From an uncultured Bacteroidales bacterium (GTDB lineage Bacteria > Bacteroidota > Bacteroidia > Bacteroidales > WCHB1-69): DNA of 64,000 nt. Location: positions 18,481-82,480 of the forward strand of contig ONHS01000004.1 in NCBI GenBank assembly GCA_900317715.1. Direction: 5' to 3'. The notes under the pieces are model-generated. The model did no database searches. It saw nothing but the letters and a program-made list of their open reading frames with translations, and had not been told where the DNA came from. This document shows, piece after piece, positions 16,563-25,422 of the stretch. The translations under genes and the position numbers were made by a program. Each line of letters begins with the position of its first letter. Position 1 is the stretch's first letter.

Positions 16563-18320
16563 ATGCTTATGAAAAAACATTTACTTTTTTGGGCTGTGAT
16601 GTTTGCGATATCATCCTTTGTGACAGCGCAAACCGTTGTCTTCAGCGACAACTTTGATTCTTACCCGGTGGGCAGCCACCTCTCGCAAGTCAACTCCGCA
16701 TGGACAACCTGGACCGGAACGCCAGGAGGGAGTGACGACGGCATTATTTCCAGCACACAGGCTTATTCCACGCCCAATTCCCTGTACATCGAGGAGGAGA
16801 TAGACCAACTCTACCCTTTTAACAGCTACACCAGCGGACACTACGTCATCGATTTCAAACTATACATCCCCTCTGGGACTCATAACCCTTCAGGTCCTGG
16901 TGCCTATTTTAACGTCCAGCACATCCTGCGCGGCCAATGGGCTTTTGAGTGTTATTTCGACAACGACAGTACGGGTTATCTCCTTGTGGGCAACAGCCAG
17001 CACAACTTCAACTATTCCTACAACACATGGATTCCTGTCCAGGTGGATCTGGACTTGAACAACGACCAAGCCTCCCTTACCATTAACAACAACCTCATTC
17101 ACAGCTGGCCATTCCACTATACGATCAGTACCACCACAGGGGACAATCGGTTGGATGCTGTGAATCTATGTGCAGGAACCGTTGAGAGAAAGATCTTCTA
17201 TGTGGATGATTTTGTGGTGACCGAGGTTTCCGCCGCGCAATACGGCACCTTTGAAGTCTCTCCTGAAAGTATGTTGCTGGGTGTGGCTTCCAATTCCACG
17301 GCCACAGAACCGATTTTCATGGGCAATCCCGGCGAGGGCGCCATTAATTTCAGGGTTGTTCCGACTTACGACATCCCGAACCCGAACCCCACTTCAACAG
17401 GTGTGACCGACTTGCATTATTACCAAGCCCAAAATCCCTATCAAACCATCACCTCCTTCGATGGTAATTCCATTAATCTCGCGGTGGGCTTCCCCTCCTC
17501 CGAATTGCAGTCGCATATCGGAAAAAAGCTCAACGAAATTGATGTTTATTTTTCCAGCAGAGTCGCCAACCCCAAGATAGTTGTCTATGCCATGACCGAC
17601 ATGCTCTTCCAGAAGGGACCAGGTGAGGTGGTTTACGAACAGAACTTCACTCCAGTGGACGGTTGGAACCACATACAGCTCACAACGCCTTATTTGATCG
17701 ACGGAAGCGACCTTTGGTTTGGGATAGCATACGAGGAAACGGGAATAGCCGGCCACATCTACTTGGACGGTTATACGGCTAACGAATACAGTTGTTGGGC
17801 CAATAATGGCAATGGTTGGCAAAACCACTTCACCGGATATGACTACAATTTGATGATTGGCGGTAAGATCGACGGAACGCCCATCACTCCGTGGCTCACT
17901 ATGGAACAAACCGACGGCACCATTGCTCCCGGCGGCACCGTCACGGACAACATTACCGTGAACACCAATGGCATGAGCCTCGGCGAAACCCATACCGCCA
18001 AACTCCATTGCTACTCCAACGATCCGGACAACAATGCGGTGGTGATACCCGTCACCCTCACGATCACATCCGTTTCCGTCAACGAGCACAACCAGGTCGA
18101 GGTGAGTATCTATCCGAACCCGGCTGCCGACTATCTGCAGGTGAGTTCCCAGGCCATCGAGCGCGTAGAGATCCACAATATGTCGGGTCAAAAGGTGTTC
18201 GACGGCTTCTATGGCGACAGCCATGTGGTGATTTCCACCGATGGATTGGCGCCCGGCACATACCTTGTGACCGTGACCGGCAATGGCACAAAAACCACCA
18301 AACAGGTGGTTATCCGATAA
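16563..18320 (+). CDS. secreted protein with T9SS C-terminal sorting domain
   Basis: Signal peptide (AISSFVTAQ). The C-terminal approximately 75 aa (VSIYPNPAADYLQV...LAPGTYLVTVTGNGTKTTKQVVIR) is a canonical Por/T9SS type-A CTD. Confidence 0.85.
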   Translation: MLMKKHLLFWAVMFAISSFVTAQTVVFSDNFDSYPVGSHLSQVNSAWTTWTGTPGGSDDGIISSTQAYSTPNSLYIEEEIDQLYPFNSYTSGHYVIDFKLYIPSGTHNPSGPGAYFNVQHILRGQWAFECYFDNDSTGYLLVGNSQHNFNYSYNTWIPVQVDLDLNNDQASLTINNNLIHSWPFHYTISTTTGDNRLDAVNLCAGTVERKIFYVDDFVVTEVSAAQYGTFEVSPESMLLGVASNSTATEPIFMGNPGEGAINFRVVPTYDIPNPNPTSTGVTDLHYYQAQNPYQTITSFDGNSINLAVGFPSSELQSHIGKKLNEIDVYFSSRVANPKIVVYAMTDMLFQKGPGEVVYEQNFTPVDGWNHIQLTTPYLIDGSDLWFGIAYEETGIAGHIYLDGYTANEYSCWANNGNGWQNHFTGYDYNLMIGGKIDGTPITPWLTMEQTDGTIAPGGTVTDNITVNTNGMSLGETHTAKLHCYSNDPDNNAVVIPVTLTITSVSVNEHNQVEVSIYPNPAADYLQVSSQAIERVEIHNMSGQKVFDGFYGDSHVVISTDGLAPGTYLVTVTGNGTKTTKQVVIR

Positions 18321-18342
18321 CCATCCTGTTCCTGAGGATCAC

Positions 18343-18370
18343 GGGCGGAAAATCTCCGCCCGTTTTTTTT
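18343..18370 (+). terminator. rho-independent terminator after the T9SS cargo gene
   Basis: GGGCGGA-aaatc-TCCGCCC followed by gTTTTTTTT. Confidence 0.85.
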
Positions 18371-18583
18371 GTTCCGGGGATCCAATCGGTCTCTTTTCAT
18401 CAACAGGCATGCCTTCGCCGGTCGTTCTTCATTCCATATCCTGAAAACGTCAGCTGGCGCATAGGCTGCCCTGACATTACACACAAATCAATTTAGTGAA
18501 ATTTTTCCTTTATTTCGCCAAAAATAAAGTATTAACATTTAAAGATACTTGATTATCAATAATTTATATTTCATAAAAAATGT

Positions 18584-18591
18584 TAATTTTG
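18584..18591 (+). promoter_or_regulatory. -7 box TAatTTTG for the glycosyltransferase
   Basis: taattttg, 27 nt before ATG 18618. Confidence 0.6.
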
Positions 18592-18617
18592 CCGCCGTTT
18601 TTTAAAATAGCGTTTAT

Positions 18618-19796
18618 ATGAAAATCCTATTTGTAGTAAACAACTTCTTTTGCGAAGGCAATGGCCTTGACGAGTCGGCAAGACGGACCGTGAAGGCGTT
18701 GCGGGAGGCGGGACAGGAGGTTCGGGTGCTTTCGGGCAAAAACCTCGAGGATCCCAATGGCCCGCACGCGGATTATGAGATGGAGAATTTCGATTTTCCC
18801 CTTGTGCAACCCATGCTCTCCTCCTTCGGCTACCATTTTGCCAAGTGGAAAGGACCGCAGATCGAGGAGGCGGTACGCTGGGCGGACGTCATTCACATGG
18901 AGGAGACCTTCTTCCTCCATCGTGCCGCCATGAAATGGGCGTTGAAACTGGGCAAACCGCTCGTGGGCACCTACCATGTGCATCCGGAGAACATCATCTT
19001 CAACACCCTGGGGTTCCGCGGCGGTTTCCTGACATGCCAGCTGATCTTGCGTCACTGGTGCCGCGTTTTCTACCGCCATTACCTTTATATCCAATGCCCT
19101 ACGGAGAATGTTCGCGAGCGGCTGGTCCGCCATCGCGTCAAAGCGCACTGTTTCACGCTCTCTAACGGTGTGATTCCCGACAAGTGCATCCGTCCGCTCA
19201 CCCCGCCGGAGAACTATTTCGATGAGAACCGTCCGCTCGACCTGATCTACATCGGTCGAACCGCCGTGGAGAAAGACCAGCCAACGCTCTACAAGGCGAT
19301 ACGTCTCAGCAAGTACGCGAAACGTATCCGGCTGCATATTGCGGGCCGCGGTCCCAAGCTGAAAGAATACACGCGCATGGCCGAGAAGCTCTATGAGGAC
19401 GGTGTGGTGGACTACAAGCCGACCGTGGGCTACTACAACCGCGACCAGTTGCGCGAGCTGGCCGCCAACGCCGACCTGGCCGTCCATTGCGCCTACATCG
19501 AAGTGGAGGGCATGAGCATCACGGAAGCCCTCCAGCAGGCCGTCGTGCCCGTGATCGCCACCGCACGACACTCAGGAACCGCCGCCTACGCCCTGGACGA
19601 GCGCAGCAAATTCCCCTCGAAAAATGCCAAAGTCCTCGCCGAGCGCATCGACTACTGGTTCGACCACCCGCAGGAGCGCTGGGAGATGGGCTTCAAATAC
19701 GCCGAATCGATGAACAATTATGACATCAACAACGTGGTCGCAAAACGGCTCGTCGAGATGTATGAGGCGGCGATACGGGAACATAATTCAAAATAA
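18618..19796 (+). CDS. glycosyltransferase, GT4/GT-B fold
   Basis: 392 aa. The N-terminus MKILFVVNNFFCEGNGL is typical of GT-B enzymes. The C-terminal domain has EVEGMSITEALQQAVVPV (E-x7-E-like region). Confidence 0.7.
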   Translation: MKILFVVNNFFCEGNGLDESARRTVKALREAGQEVRVLSGKNLEDPNGPHADYEMENFDFPLVQPMLSSFGYHFAKWKGPQIEEAVRWADVIHMEETFFLHRAAMKWALKLGKPLVGTYHVHPENIIFNTLGFRGGFLTCQLILRHWCRVFYRHYLYIQCPTENVRERLVRHRVKAHCFTLSNGVIPDKCIRPLTPPENYFDENRPLDLIYIGRTAVEKDQPTLYKAIRLSKYAKRIRLHIAGRGPKLKEYTRMAEKLYEDGVVDYKPTVGYYNRDQLRELAANADLAVHCAYIEVEGMSITEALQQAVVPVIATARHSGTAAYALDERSKFPSKNAKVLAERIDYWFDHPQERWEMGFKYAESMNNYDINNVVAKRLVEMYEAAIREHNSK

Positions 19797-19825
19797 TTGC
19801 TATTCTTGCGCCTTCACCCGGTGGC

Positions 19826-19951
19826 TTGACAACCATTGGTAATCACGCTTTCTACCAGTATATCCGCAACGAAGCGTTGTCAGCCGGCGTCTATTTGGTG
19901 CAGTTCGGCAACCGCCCGGCAGAGAAGGTGATGGTGCACCCGAATATGTGA
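19826..19951 (+). pseudogene. orphan fragment of a T9SS C-terminal sorting domain
   Basis: Own translation gives ...TTIGNHAFYQYIRNEALSAGVYLVQFGNRPAEKVMVHPNM*, which resembles the last strands of a T9SS CTD (compare LAPGTYLVTVTGNG...KQVVIR at 18.3 kb). It has no upstream ORF body and is followed by a strong terminator. Confidence 0.4.
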
Positions 19952-19976
19952 TCTGAAGCTTTATCGTAACATAAAT

Positions 19977-20009
19977 CAAAAACGGCAGGCCAGACGGTCT
20001 GCCGTTTTT
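19977..20009. terminator. bidirectional-type terminator hairpin
   Basis: A-run, ACGGCAGGCC-agac-GGTCTGCCGT (11 bp including one G-U), then T5. Confidence 0.75.
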
Positions 20010-20024
20010 GATGATCAATGCCAT

Positions 20025-20061
20025 AAAAAAAAGTGCCCGTAGTCTTGCGGGCACTTTTTTT
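20025..20061 (-). terminator. terminator for the lipoprotein gene 20083-20676 (bidirectional type)
   Basis: A8, GTGCCCG-tagtcttg-CGGGCAC, then T7. Confidence 0.75.
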
Positions 20062-20082
20062 ATGAAGGTATTCGAATAAAGA

Positions 20083-20676
20083 TTATGCATTTGCTGCATC
20101 GCGGTGGAACACCAACGGGAAGCTGATAACGGTGTCTTCATCTTCAGCGTTGGCGAATTGAAGGTTAATGGTGATGGTATCGTCGTTGTCATCGTATGTG
20201 AAGACAATCTGATAGTTGATAGGATCGCCATTCTCATCGGTGCCAACAGCCGTCAACGTACCTGTGTGCGTAGTGCCATCATATACGTATGCAAGATTCA
20301 TACTCTCGATTTCCTCGTTGGTGTAACCGCCAGCTATTTCAATCACATTGATGAGAGCCATGTTTTCGCTGAAGGTGAAGTGAGCGAAATCGGTATCGAA
20401 ATTGAGGTGGAAAACCATATTGGCATCGAAGTTGTCAGGGAATTGGCAACCGAGGTCGTTGAGATTCGTACCTGTCATCGCGTAAACCAAGTCACTGAGG
20501 GGGAGATTGGCCGTCCAATTAGTGCCGATGAGGTCGGAAGTGACCTGAACTTTCGGGGTTGTTACAGGAGTCTCAGTATTATCTCCATTTCCGTTAGGGG
20601 TGATGGCTTCTTTTTGGCATGATGCCATGCAGAGTGCGAAAGCGACTAATGCGATTGCAAAAATGTTTTTTTTCAT
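20083..20676 (-). CDS. hypothetical lipoprotein
   Basis: 197 aa. Lipoprotein signal (LCMASC), then a Thr/Asn/Asp-rich beta-type sequence. Confidence 0.6.
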   Translation of the reverse strand: MKKNIFAIALVAFALCMASCQKEAITPNGNGDNTETPVTTPKVQVTSDLIGTNWTANLPLSDLVYAMTGTNLNDLGCQFPDNFDANMVFHLNFDTDFAHFTFSENMALINVIEIAGGYTNEEIESMNLAYVYDGTTHTGTLTAVGTDENGDPINYQIVFTYDDNDDTITINLQFANAEDEDTVISFPLVFHRDAANA

Positions 20677-20812
20677 ACTTTTTGATTTTTTAATTTGATT
20701 ATTAATTTGATTGATTTTTTTGAATCTATTTAAGAACCAGGCTGCTTAAGCAGGCTTTTCTACTGTAAGAACGTAATAAAGGAACGAAAAACTACAGCCT
20801 CGAAATTTTTTT

Positions 20813-21625
20813 TTATTCTCTGTCAAATTGCAACTGATAGAGATTATCTCCGCCTTCGTCATCAAGGCCTCTGCGGGAGATAATCATAGTGTTGTGGGTG
20901 ATCCAGTTGACATCCCAATTCCCGCTGTTGGGAAGAAGCTCGCAATCAAGTTTCCCATCGTCCGTGAGAGTCCAGCTGGAATTATCCGTCGCAGTAGTAC
21001 CGCCCACTCCATTGATAGTCAACGTCATATTTCCATTGTCGTAGAAGGTGTAATACATAGAACCACCTCCGTCCTCAGGAACATAGAGATCTGAGCCTTG
21101 CAGGGAACCATCTGAGTTTAAATGGTTTACAGAAAGGCAATTGAAATGCCACGTACCGATAATCGAGTTAGAGGTGTTTGCCGACGGAGCGCAGGAATAG
21201 GCCATACCGCTCCACGTGCCATTATCGTAGGTGACAACCACCGTGCGTCCTTCTTCCTCCATCTTTTTCATCCAGGCTTTCATCTCGTCACGATTCGTGG
21301 TGGAGAACGTTTTGGCGGCTTTAGTGCCCTTTGTGTCTTTTTTCGTGAGATATGTCGTTGGGTTCATGTTGTAGAAAGTCACCTCATGGCCGCTCATGGC
21401 CTGGTCACAAAGCATATCCAGCAAAACATCCCACTCACCTTCCGTTTCCAAGGTTTTGCGGATTTCGGTTTGTTCCACTGTGTAAACAATAAGCCGTTCT
21501 CTGGGTTCATTGTTGATTTCACTGCCGCCCGGGTCGTTATTATTGTTCTTGTCGCAAGCTGAGAAGGCAAGCGTAAATGCAGCCAACAAAGCGGTGAATC
21601 TCAATATATTTTTCATCTTTTTCAT
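20813..21625 (-). CDS. hypothetical lipoprotein (lipocalin-like C-terminal half)
   Basis: 270 aa. Lipobox (AFSAC). The C-terminal IIGTWHFNC...SSWTLTDDGKL pattern is seen in lipocalin-like Bacteroidota lipoproteins. 1-nt gap to the upstream gene. Confidence 0.6.
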   Translation of the reverse strand: MKKMKNILRFTALLAAFTLAFSACDKNNNNDPGGSEINNEPRERLIVYTVEQTEIRKTLETEGEWDVLLDMLCDQAMSGHEVTFYNMNPTTYLTKKDTKGTKAAKTFSTTNRDEMKAWMKKMEEEGRTVVVTYDNGTWSGMAYSCAPSANTSNSIIGTWHFNCLSVNHLNSDGSLQGSDLYVPEDGGGSMYYTFYDNGNMTLTINGVGGTTATDNSSWTLTDDGKLDCELLPNSGNWDVNWITHNTMIISRRGLDDEGGDNLYQLQFDRE

Positions 21626-21626
21626 T

Positions 21627-22034
21627 TTATTTTGTTTGTTTCATATTATTCAGTTGATAATCTAACAGGGCATCGTATTGTGCCTCCGTGTCAAGACGGT
21701 AGAAGGCCACGGTACGCCGTTTGTGCGAGGCCACCACGCGCAAGACCGAAGTGCCTGTCCACTTCACACGCTGCGCGGGGTTCTTGAAATCGCCCAGCCA
21801 GCTTACCACCCCGTCTTCTCCCTTGATATTCAATTCTTTGGTCAATTCCTTCCAAGCTGCCTCGTTGTCGGCCACCACGAGCACCACATCCACGCGTTCG
21901 CTTTCGTTAAGCTTAAAACCGCTCACTTGCGCCACGGTGAGATTCTGCCGCGAGGCATAGCGCTTGTACAAGTCGTTCTGCGCCATCGCCACCAACGGAA
22001 GCAACATCATCAATATGATTACTAGTCGTTTCAT
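21627..22034 (-). CDS. hypothetical secreted protein in ECF sigma operon
   Basis: 135 aa. Signal peptide (LPLVAMAQ). Start overlaps the stop of the upstream anti-sigma-like gene by 1 nt. Confidence 0.6.
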   Translation of the reverse strand: MKRLVIILMMLLPLVAMAQNDLYKRYASRQNLTVAQVSGFKLNESERVDVVLVVADNEAAWKELTKELNIKGEDGVVSWLGDFKNPAQRVKWTGTSVLRVVASHKRRTVAFYRLDTEAQYDALLDYQLNNMKQTK

Positions 22035-22303
22035 TATTCCATCAGCATTTCCGAAGCCAAGTCAGCCCATTGCGCATCTGGGGTGCCGACACGGTTACAA
22101 TATACTTTCTCATAATTCCGAGGCTGGCGCTGTTGTAAGGTATAAACGGTAACGGCCACTGACACCACAATCAAGAAGGCAGCTACGATGCTGAACGTTC
22201 GGCGTTGTCTCTGCCTCCATGCAGGGTATTCCGAAGCCAAGCGTTGGCTATAACCTTCTGCCTCAGCCTTTTGCCATAATACATCAAATTCGTTTTCTGT
22301 CAT
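22034..22303 (-). CDS. putative anti-sigma factor (single-pass membrane protein)
   Basis: 89 aa, one central TM helix (FSIVAAFLIVVSVAVTVYTL). 4-nt ATGA overlap with the sigma gene. Confidence 0.55.
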   Translation of the reverse strand: MTENEFDVLWQKAEAEGYSQRLASEYPAWRQRQRRTFSIVAAFLIVVSVAVTVYTLQQRQPRNYEKVYCNRVGTPDAQWADLASEMLME

Positions 22304-22740
22304 ATATTCATCGTTTTTCTTAATTTCTCCTTAATTCTCACCAGTCTCACGCTCACATTTTTCTCCGTCATGCCCACCAGATCACCAATCTCTTTGTAGT
22401 TGTAACCTTCCAGCTGGAGCTTGACAATCGAACGATCGGGCTCGTCAAGCAGAGCAATTCGTTCGTGGAGTTCGCGCAACAGAGTACGGTCCTCATCAGC
22501 CACTTCATAACCTTCGGGCAGAGCTTCCGTTTCTTTCACGCGCCGCAGACAGTCAATCACCGCGTTACGCCCTATCTTCCATATCAAGGCCGTCTGTGGC
22601 ACTGCCGACAGGGACAGAAGTCGCTCGTGATCGCGCCAGAGTGCCACGGTGGCCTCCTGCAACAGGTCTTCAACTTCTAATCCCCGCCGACTGTAATGCC
22701 GGCATAGAGAGAAGAGCAATCCCCGATGACGGTGGAGCAT
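22300..22740 (-). CDS. ECF-type RNA polymerase sigma factor
   Basis: Region 2 (DLLQEATVALW...ALIWKIGRNAVIDCLRR) and region 4 (IVKLQLEGYNYKEIGDLVGMTEKNVSVRLVRIKEKL). The ORF-track start at 22833 is rejected because that extension contains the aqpZ terminator. ATG 22740 is used here, but GTG 22767 is also possible. Confidence 0.8.
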   Translation of the reverse strand: MLHRHRGLLFSLCRHYSRRGLEVEDLLQEATVALWRDHERLLSLSAVPQTALIWKIGRNAVIDCLRRVKETEALPEGYEVADEDRTLLRELHERIALLDEPDRSIVKLQLEGYNYKEIGDLVGMTEKNVSVRLVRIKEKLRKTMNI

Positions 22741-22807
22741 GACTTCAAAAGGGTCCTTTGGTCTCACAAATAGTATAACGTAAAAAAAGTTCCAAAAACT
22801 ACATCCG

Positions 22808-22847
22808 AAAAAAAAAATACGAACGGTCTTCACAAAACCGTCCGTAT
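22808..22847 (-). terminator. terminator after aqpZ
   Basis: The minus strand reads ATACGGACGGT-tttgtgaag-ACCGTTCGTAT followed by T10. It lies inside the rejected 5' extension of the sigma ORF. Confidence 0.7.
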
Positions 22848-22870
22848 TTACGAATTGCTATAGGTTCAAC

Positions 22871-23563
22871 TTACTCTTTGTTGCACGCAAGTCCTTTCCA
22901 AACCAATGCAGAAAGAGCAGCACCGATCATGGGAGCCACGATGAACACCCAAACCACTGACAAGGCCTCGCCACCTGCGAAGAGTGCCGGTCCGAAAGAA
23001 CGAGCCGGGTTCACAGAAGTGCCGGTGAGGTTAATGCAGACGAGGTGTACCAGAATGAGGGTAAGGCCGATAGCCAGGCCGGCGAGGTTGCCAGCGCCCA
23101 ATTTGCTGTCGGTAGTGCCGAGCACCACAAGTACAAAGATAAAGGTAGCGATGATCTCCACGAGGCATGCACCCCAAACACCGCCGGCATTATCCACGCC
23201 GTTGCAGCCGAGACCCATCATACCTTCCGCAATGCCCTCAGCACTGGGAGTCACAATGTTGACGAGTGCCAACAGACAAGCACCTGCGAGGATACCGCCA
23301 ATGAATTGGCCAATCCAATAGATGCAAGCCTCTTTCCATGTCATACGGCCGGAAAGCGCCACTGCAAAGGTGATGGCGGGGTTAATGTGGCAGCCCGTGA
23401 TGCCGCCAATAGTGTAAGCCATGGCCACTACAGTGAGACCAAATGCAACAGCTGTGCCAACAACGCCCGCGGGAGTGGCACAACCCAAGAACATCGCCGT
23501 TCCGCAACCCAGCAGGGTGAGAACAAATGTTCCAATCAATTCAGCGAATAACTTTTTTGTCAT
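22871..23563 (-). CDS. aqpZ: aquaporin Z (MIP family channel)
   Basis: 230 aa. Two NPA boxes (HINPAITFA, SVNPARSFGPALF) and six TM segments. Confidence 0.9.
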   Translation of the reverse strand: MTKKLFAELIGTFVLTLLGCGTAMFLGCATPAGVVGTAVAFGLTVVAMAYTIGGITGCHINPAITFAVALSGRMTWKEACIYWIGQFIGGILAGACLLALVNIVTPSAEGIAEGMMGLGCNGVDNAGGVWGACLVEIIATFIFVLVVLGTTDSKLGAGNLAGLAIGLTLILVHLVCINLTGTSVNPARSFGPALFAGGEALSVVWVFIVAPMIGAALSALVWKGLACNKE

Positions 23564-23611
23564 AATGCTTTTATTTTGGTGAAAATTTACGTGAGTTCAT
23601 TTTTCAATTTG

Positions 23612-23619
23612 CAAAAGTA
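23612..23619 (-). promoter_or_regulatory. -7 box TActTTTG for aqpZ
   Basis: The reverse complement of caaaagta matches. Lies 49 nt upstream of ATG 23563. Confidence 0.55.
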
Positions 23620-23682
23620 AAAAAAAAATCACAAAGATGTTCACGATAATTTTTCACCGAAATGAACAGGTTGGTTTCATTA

Positions 23683-24366
23683 CTATCTCAACACTTTCAG
23701 AAGTTCACGCACGGCCTCCGTGTCCGTTTCCCACGCCCCATCCGGGCGCGTGATCTTACAAGAGCCATGAATTTCGGGGACCGCCGTTTGCTGCTTCAAC
23801 GCGGCCGCATTTTCGGGTGTGATGCCGCTGCCAGCAAGGATGGCAATACGACCATCTGCTTGTTTCACAAGCTGTTGAAGTAGGCCTGCGCCCTCCACAG
23901 CGGTAGGTTGACAACCAGAAGTCAGGATGCGGGCGCAACCACAGTCGATGATCTGCTCTAATGCCTTCAAGGGTTCGGCACAACGATCGAAAGCCCGGTG
24001 GAAGGTGACTGGCAGCGGGGCGGAGAGTTCCACAAAACGGCGGGTCAGCTCGGTGTCGATATTGCCGCCGGGATGCAGGAATCCGACTACGATACCTGCA
24101 GCGCCCGCTTTTTTGCAGTAGGCCACATCCTCCTCCATCATTTTGATTTCCAATTCGTTGTAGCAGAAGTCGCCTCCGCGTGGGCGCACCAGCACAAAAG
24201 CTTTCATGCCTAATTCACGCACCGCATAGTCTATCATGGCGGGCGACGGCGTGGTGCCGCCCTCTATCAATCCTTGGCAAAGTTCCACGCGCACGGCGCC
24301 GCCGGCTTTCGCATTCGCCACCGACTGGATGCTGCCGCAGCAGATTTCGATGTGTTCTATATTCAT
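23683..24366 (-). CDS. cutC: copper homeostasis protein CutC
   Basis: 227 aa. IEICCGS...RVELCQGL..GGTTPS...VLVRPRGGDF.Y...GIVVGFL...VTFHRAFD is the CutC TIM-barrel signature. Confidence 0.9.
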   Translation of the reverse strand: MNIEHIEICCGSIQSVANAKAGGAVRVELCQGLIEGGTTPSPAMIDYAVRELGMKAFVLVRPRGGDFCYNELEIKMMEEDVAYCKKAGAAGIVVGFLHPGGNIDTELTRRFVELSAPLPVTFHRAFDRCAEPLKALEQIIDCGCARILTSGCQPTAVEGAGLLQQLVKQADGRIAILAGSGITPENAAALKQQTAVPEIHGSCKITRPDGAWETDTEAVRELLKVLR

Positions 24367-24434
24367 TGTTATCGTTTTTTAATTGCATTGTACCTCCTTG
24401 CATTGCGCGACTGCGTCGTTTACCATGGGCGATT

Positions 24435-24461
24435 CCCACACTGCGCCTTCGGCTTGGGTGG
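24435..24461. repeat. REP-like hairpin, degenerate inverted copy
   Basis: cccacactgcgccttcggcttgggtgg shares a 12-nt identical core (CCCACACTGCGC) with the reverse complement of copy 1. Confidence 0.55.
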
Positions 24462-24564
24462 ATCTCTTCAAGCCCCCAGCAGGGCGGCGGCTACCTGGCT
24501 CGTGCGGCTGGTCGTCTAAGTTCTCGGTCGGCAGGGCAAAGGGTCCCTTGTAAGCATGGAAGGA

Positions 24565-25416
24565 CTATTGTTCGCCGTTGGCAGGCCAAGGATTGGTCTC
24601 AATGCCGGCCATGCGCACCATGGCAGCGTGCGCTTCTTGGCAAACGCGGTCGAGCTCCTCCTTGCGGTTCTTGGTCTTGTCGAAAAAGATCGGTTCCCCG
24701 ACGTGCAAGGTGACGCAAGGAGAATTTTTCTTGCCGAACAGACGGTAAATACCCTTTCTCTCGCGGAATGTATAGACATTGGGGATGATGGGACGGTCGT
24801 ATTTGTAGGCCATTGAGAAGGCACCGCGTTTGAACGGACGAATCGGGACGTACATGTTCCATCTGACCGTTTCAGGGAAGATGATGAACCAGAGTTTACG
24901 GCGATTAAACTCGTCGAAAGCTTCGTTGAATTTGCGGATGCCTTCGCGGGTTTCGGGAATGGGAATGCCGCCCGCTTGCCACAAAATCCACCAGGCACGT
25001 CCATTGAAGTGCTTGGCGAACATCGGGATACGCACCTGTTTGTAACGCTGCCATGCTGCATTCACGCCCAATGCATCGAACACGAAAACGTGGTTGCATA
25101 TGCACATAGCCCCCTTGTCGGCCAATTCCTTCTTGTATTTTCGGATAATATCCTTGCCTTCGATTTTTAAGCCGAAATGGCAACGGTTGTGGATGGCCAC
25201 CAACAGCCATTTCACGATAAATCCGCCAATGCAGTTTAACTTGAAACGCCACGAATCATCCAGATAGGGATATGTCTCGTCGAACTGGAAGCGTCCTTTG
25301 GTGGAATCTTCCACTTCCACGTTGAGCAGACGTTTGTAAGGATTGTCGGTAGGGTAGTCGATACCGATGTCGGGGATATAGACCCCGTCTTTCACTTTGA
25401 GGGTGCCATATTCCAT
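24565..25416 (-). CDS. lysophospholipid/1-acyl-sn-glycerol-3-phosphate acyltransferase family protein (PlsC-like)
   Basis: 283 aa. HX4D-type motif (CNHVFVFD), FPETVRW and RPFKRGAF blocks. Confidence 0.75.
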   Translation of the reverse strand: MEYGTLKVKDGVYIPDIGIDYPTDNPYKRLLNVEVEDSTKGRFQFDETYPYLDDSWRFKLNCIGGFIVKWLLVAIHNRCHFGLKIEGKDIIRKYKKELADKGAMCICNHVFVFDALGVNAAWQRYKQVRIPMFAKHFNGRAWWILWQAGGIPIPETREGIRKFNEAFDEFNRRKLWFIIFPETVRWNMYVPIRPFKRGAFSMAYKYDRPIIPNVYTFRERKGIYRLFGKKNSPCVTLHVGEPIFFDKTKNRKEELDRVCQEAHAAMVRMAGIETNPWPANGEQ

Positions 25417-25422
25417 GTAGGA

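Noticed and set aside
22741-22833. Long N-terminal extension of the ECF sigma ORF (track start 22833), and similar extensions at 30056, 26834, 43013, 37800, 50107, 51625, 6053, 11151 and 2539
   Set aside because: The extensions overlap promoter -7 boxes or a terminator, use non-ATG codons, and encode non-protein-like sequence. An internal ATG giving a canonical N-terminus or signal peptide was preferred in each case.
24367-24564. Possible SRP RNA, tmRNA, RNase P or cobalamin riboswitch in the GC-rich spacer
   Set aside because: I could not find the conserved cores, such as the SRP domain IV motif, the tmRNA GGGG..tag region or the B12 box. It is kept only as an unexplained spacer.
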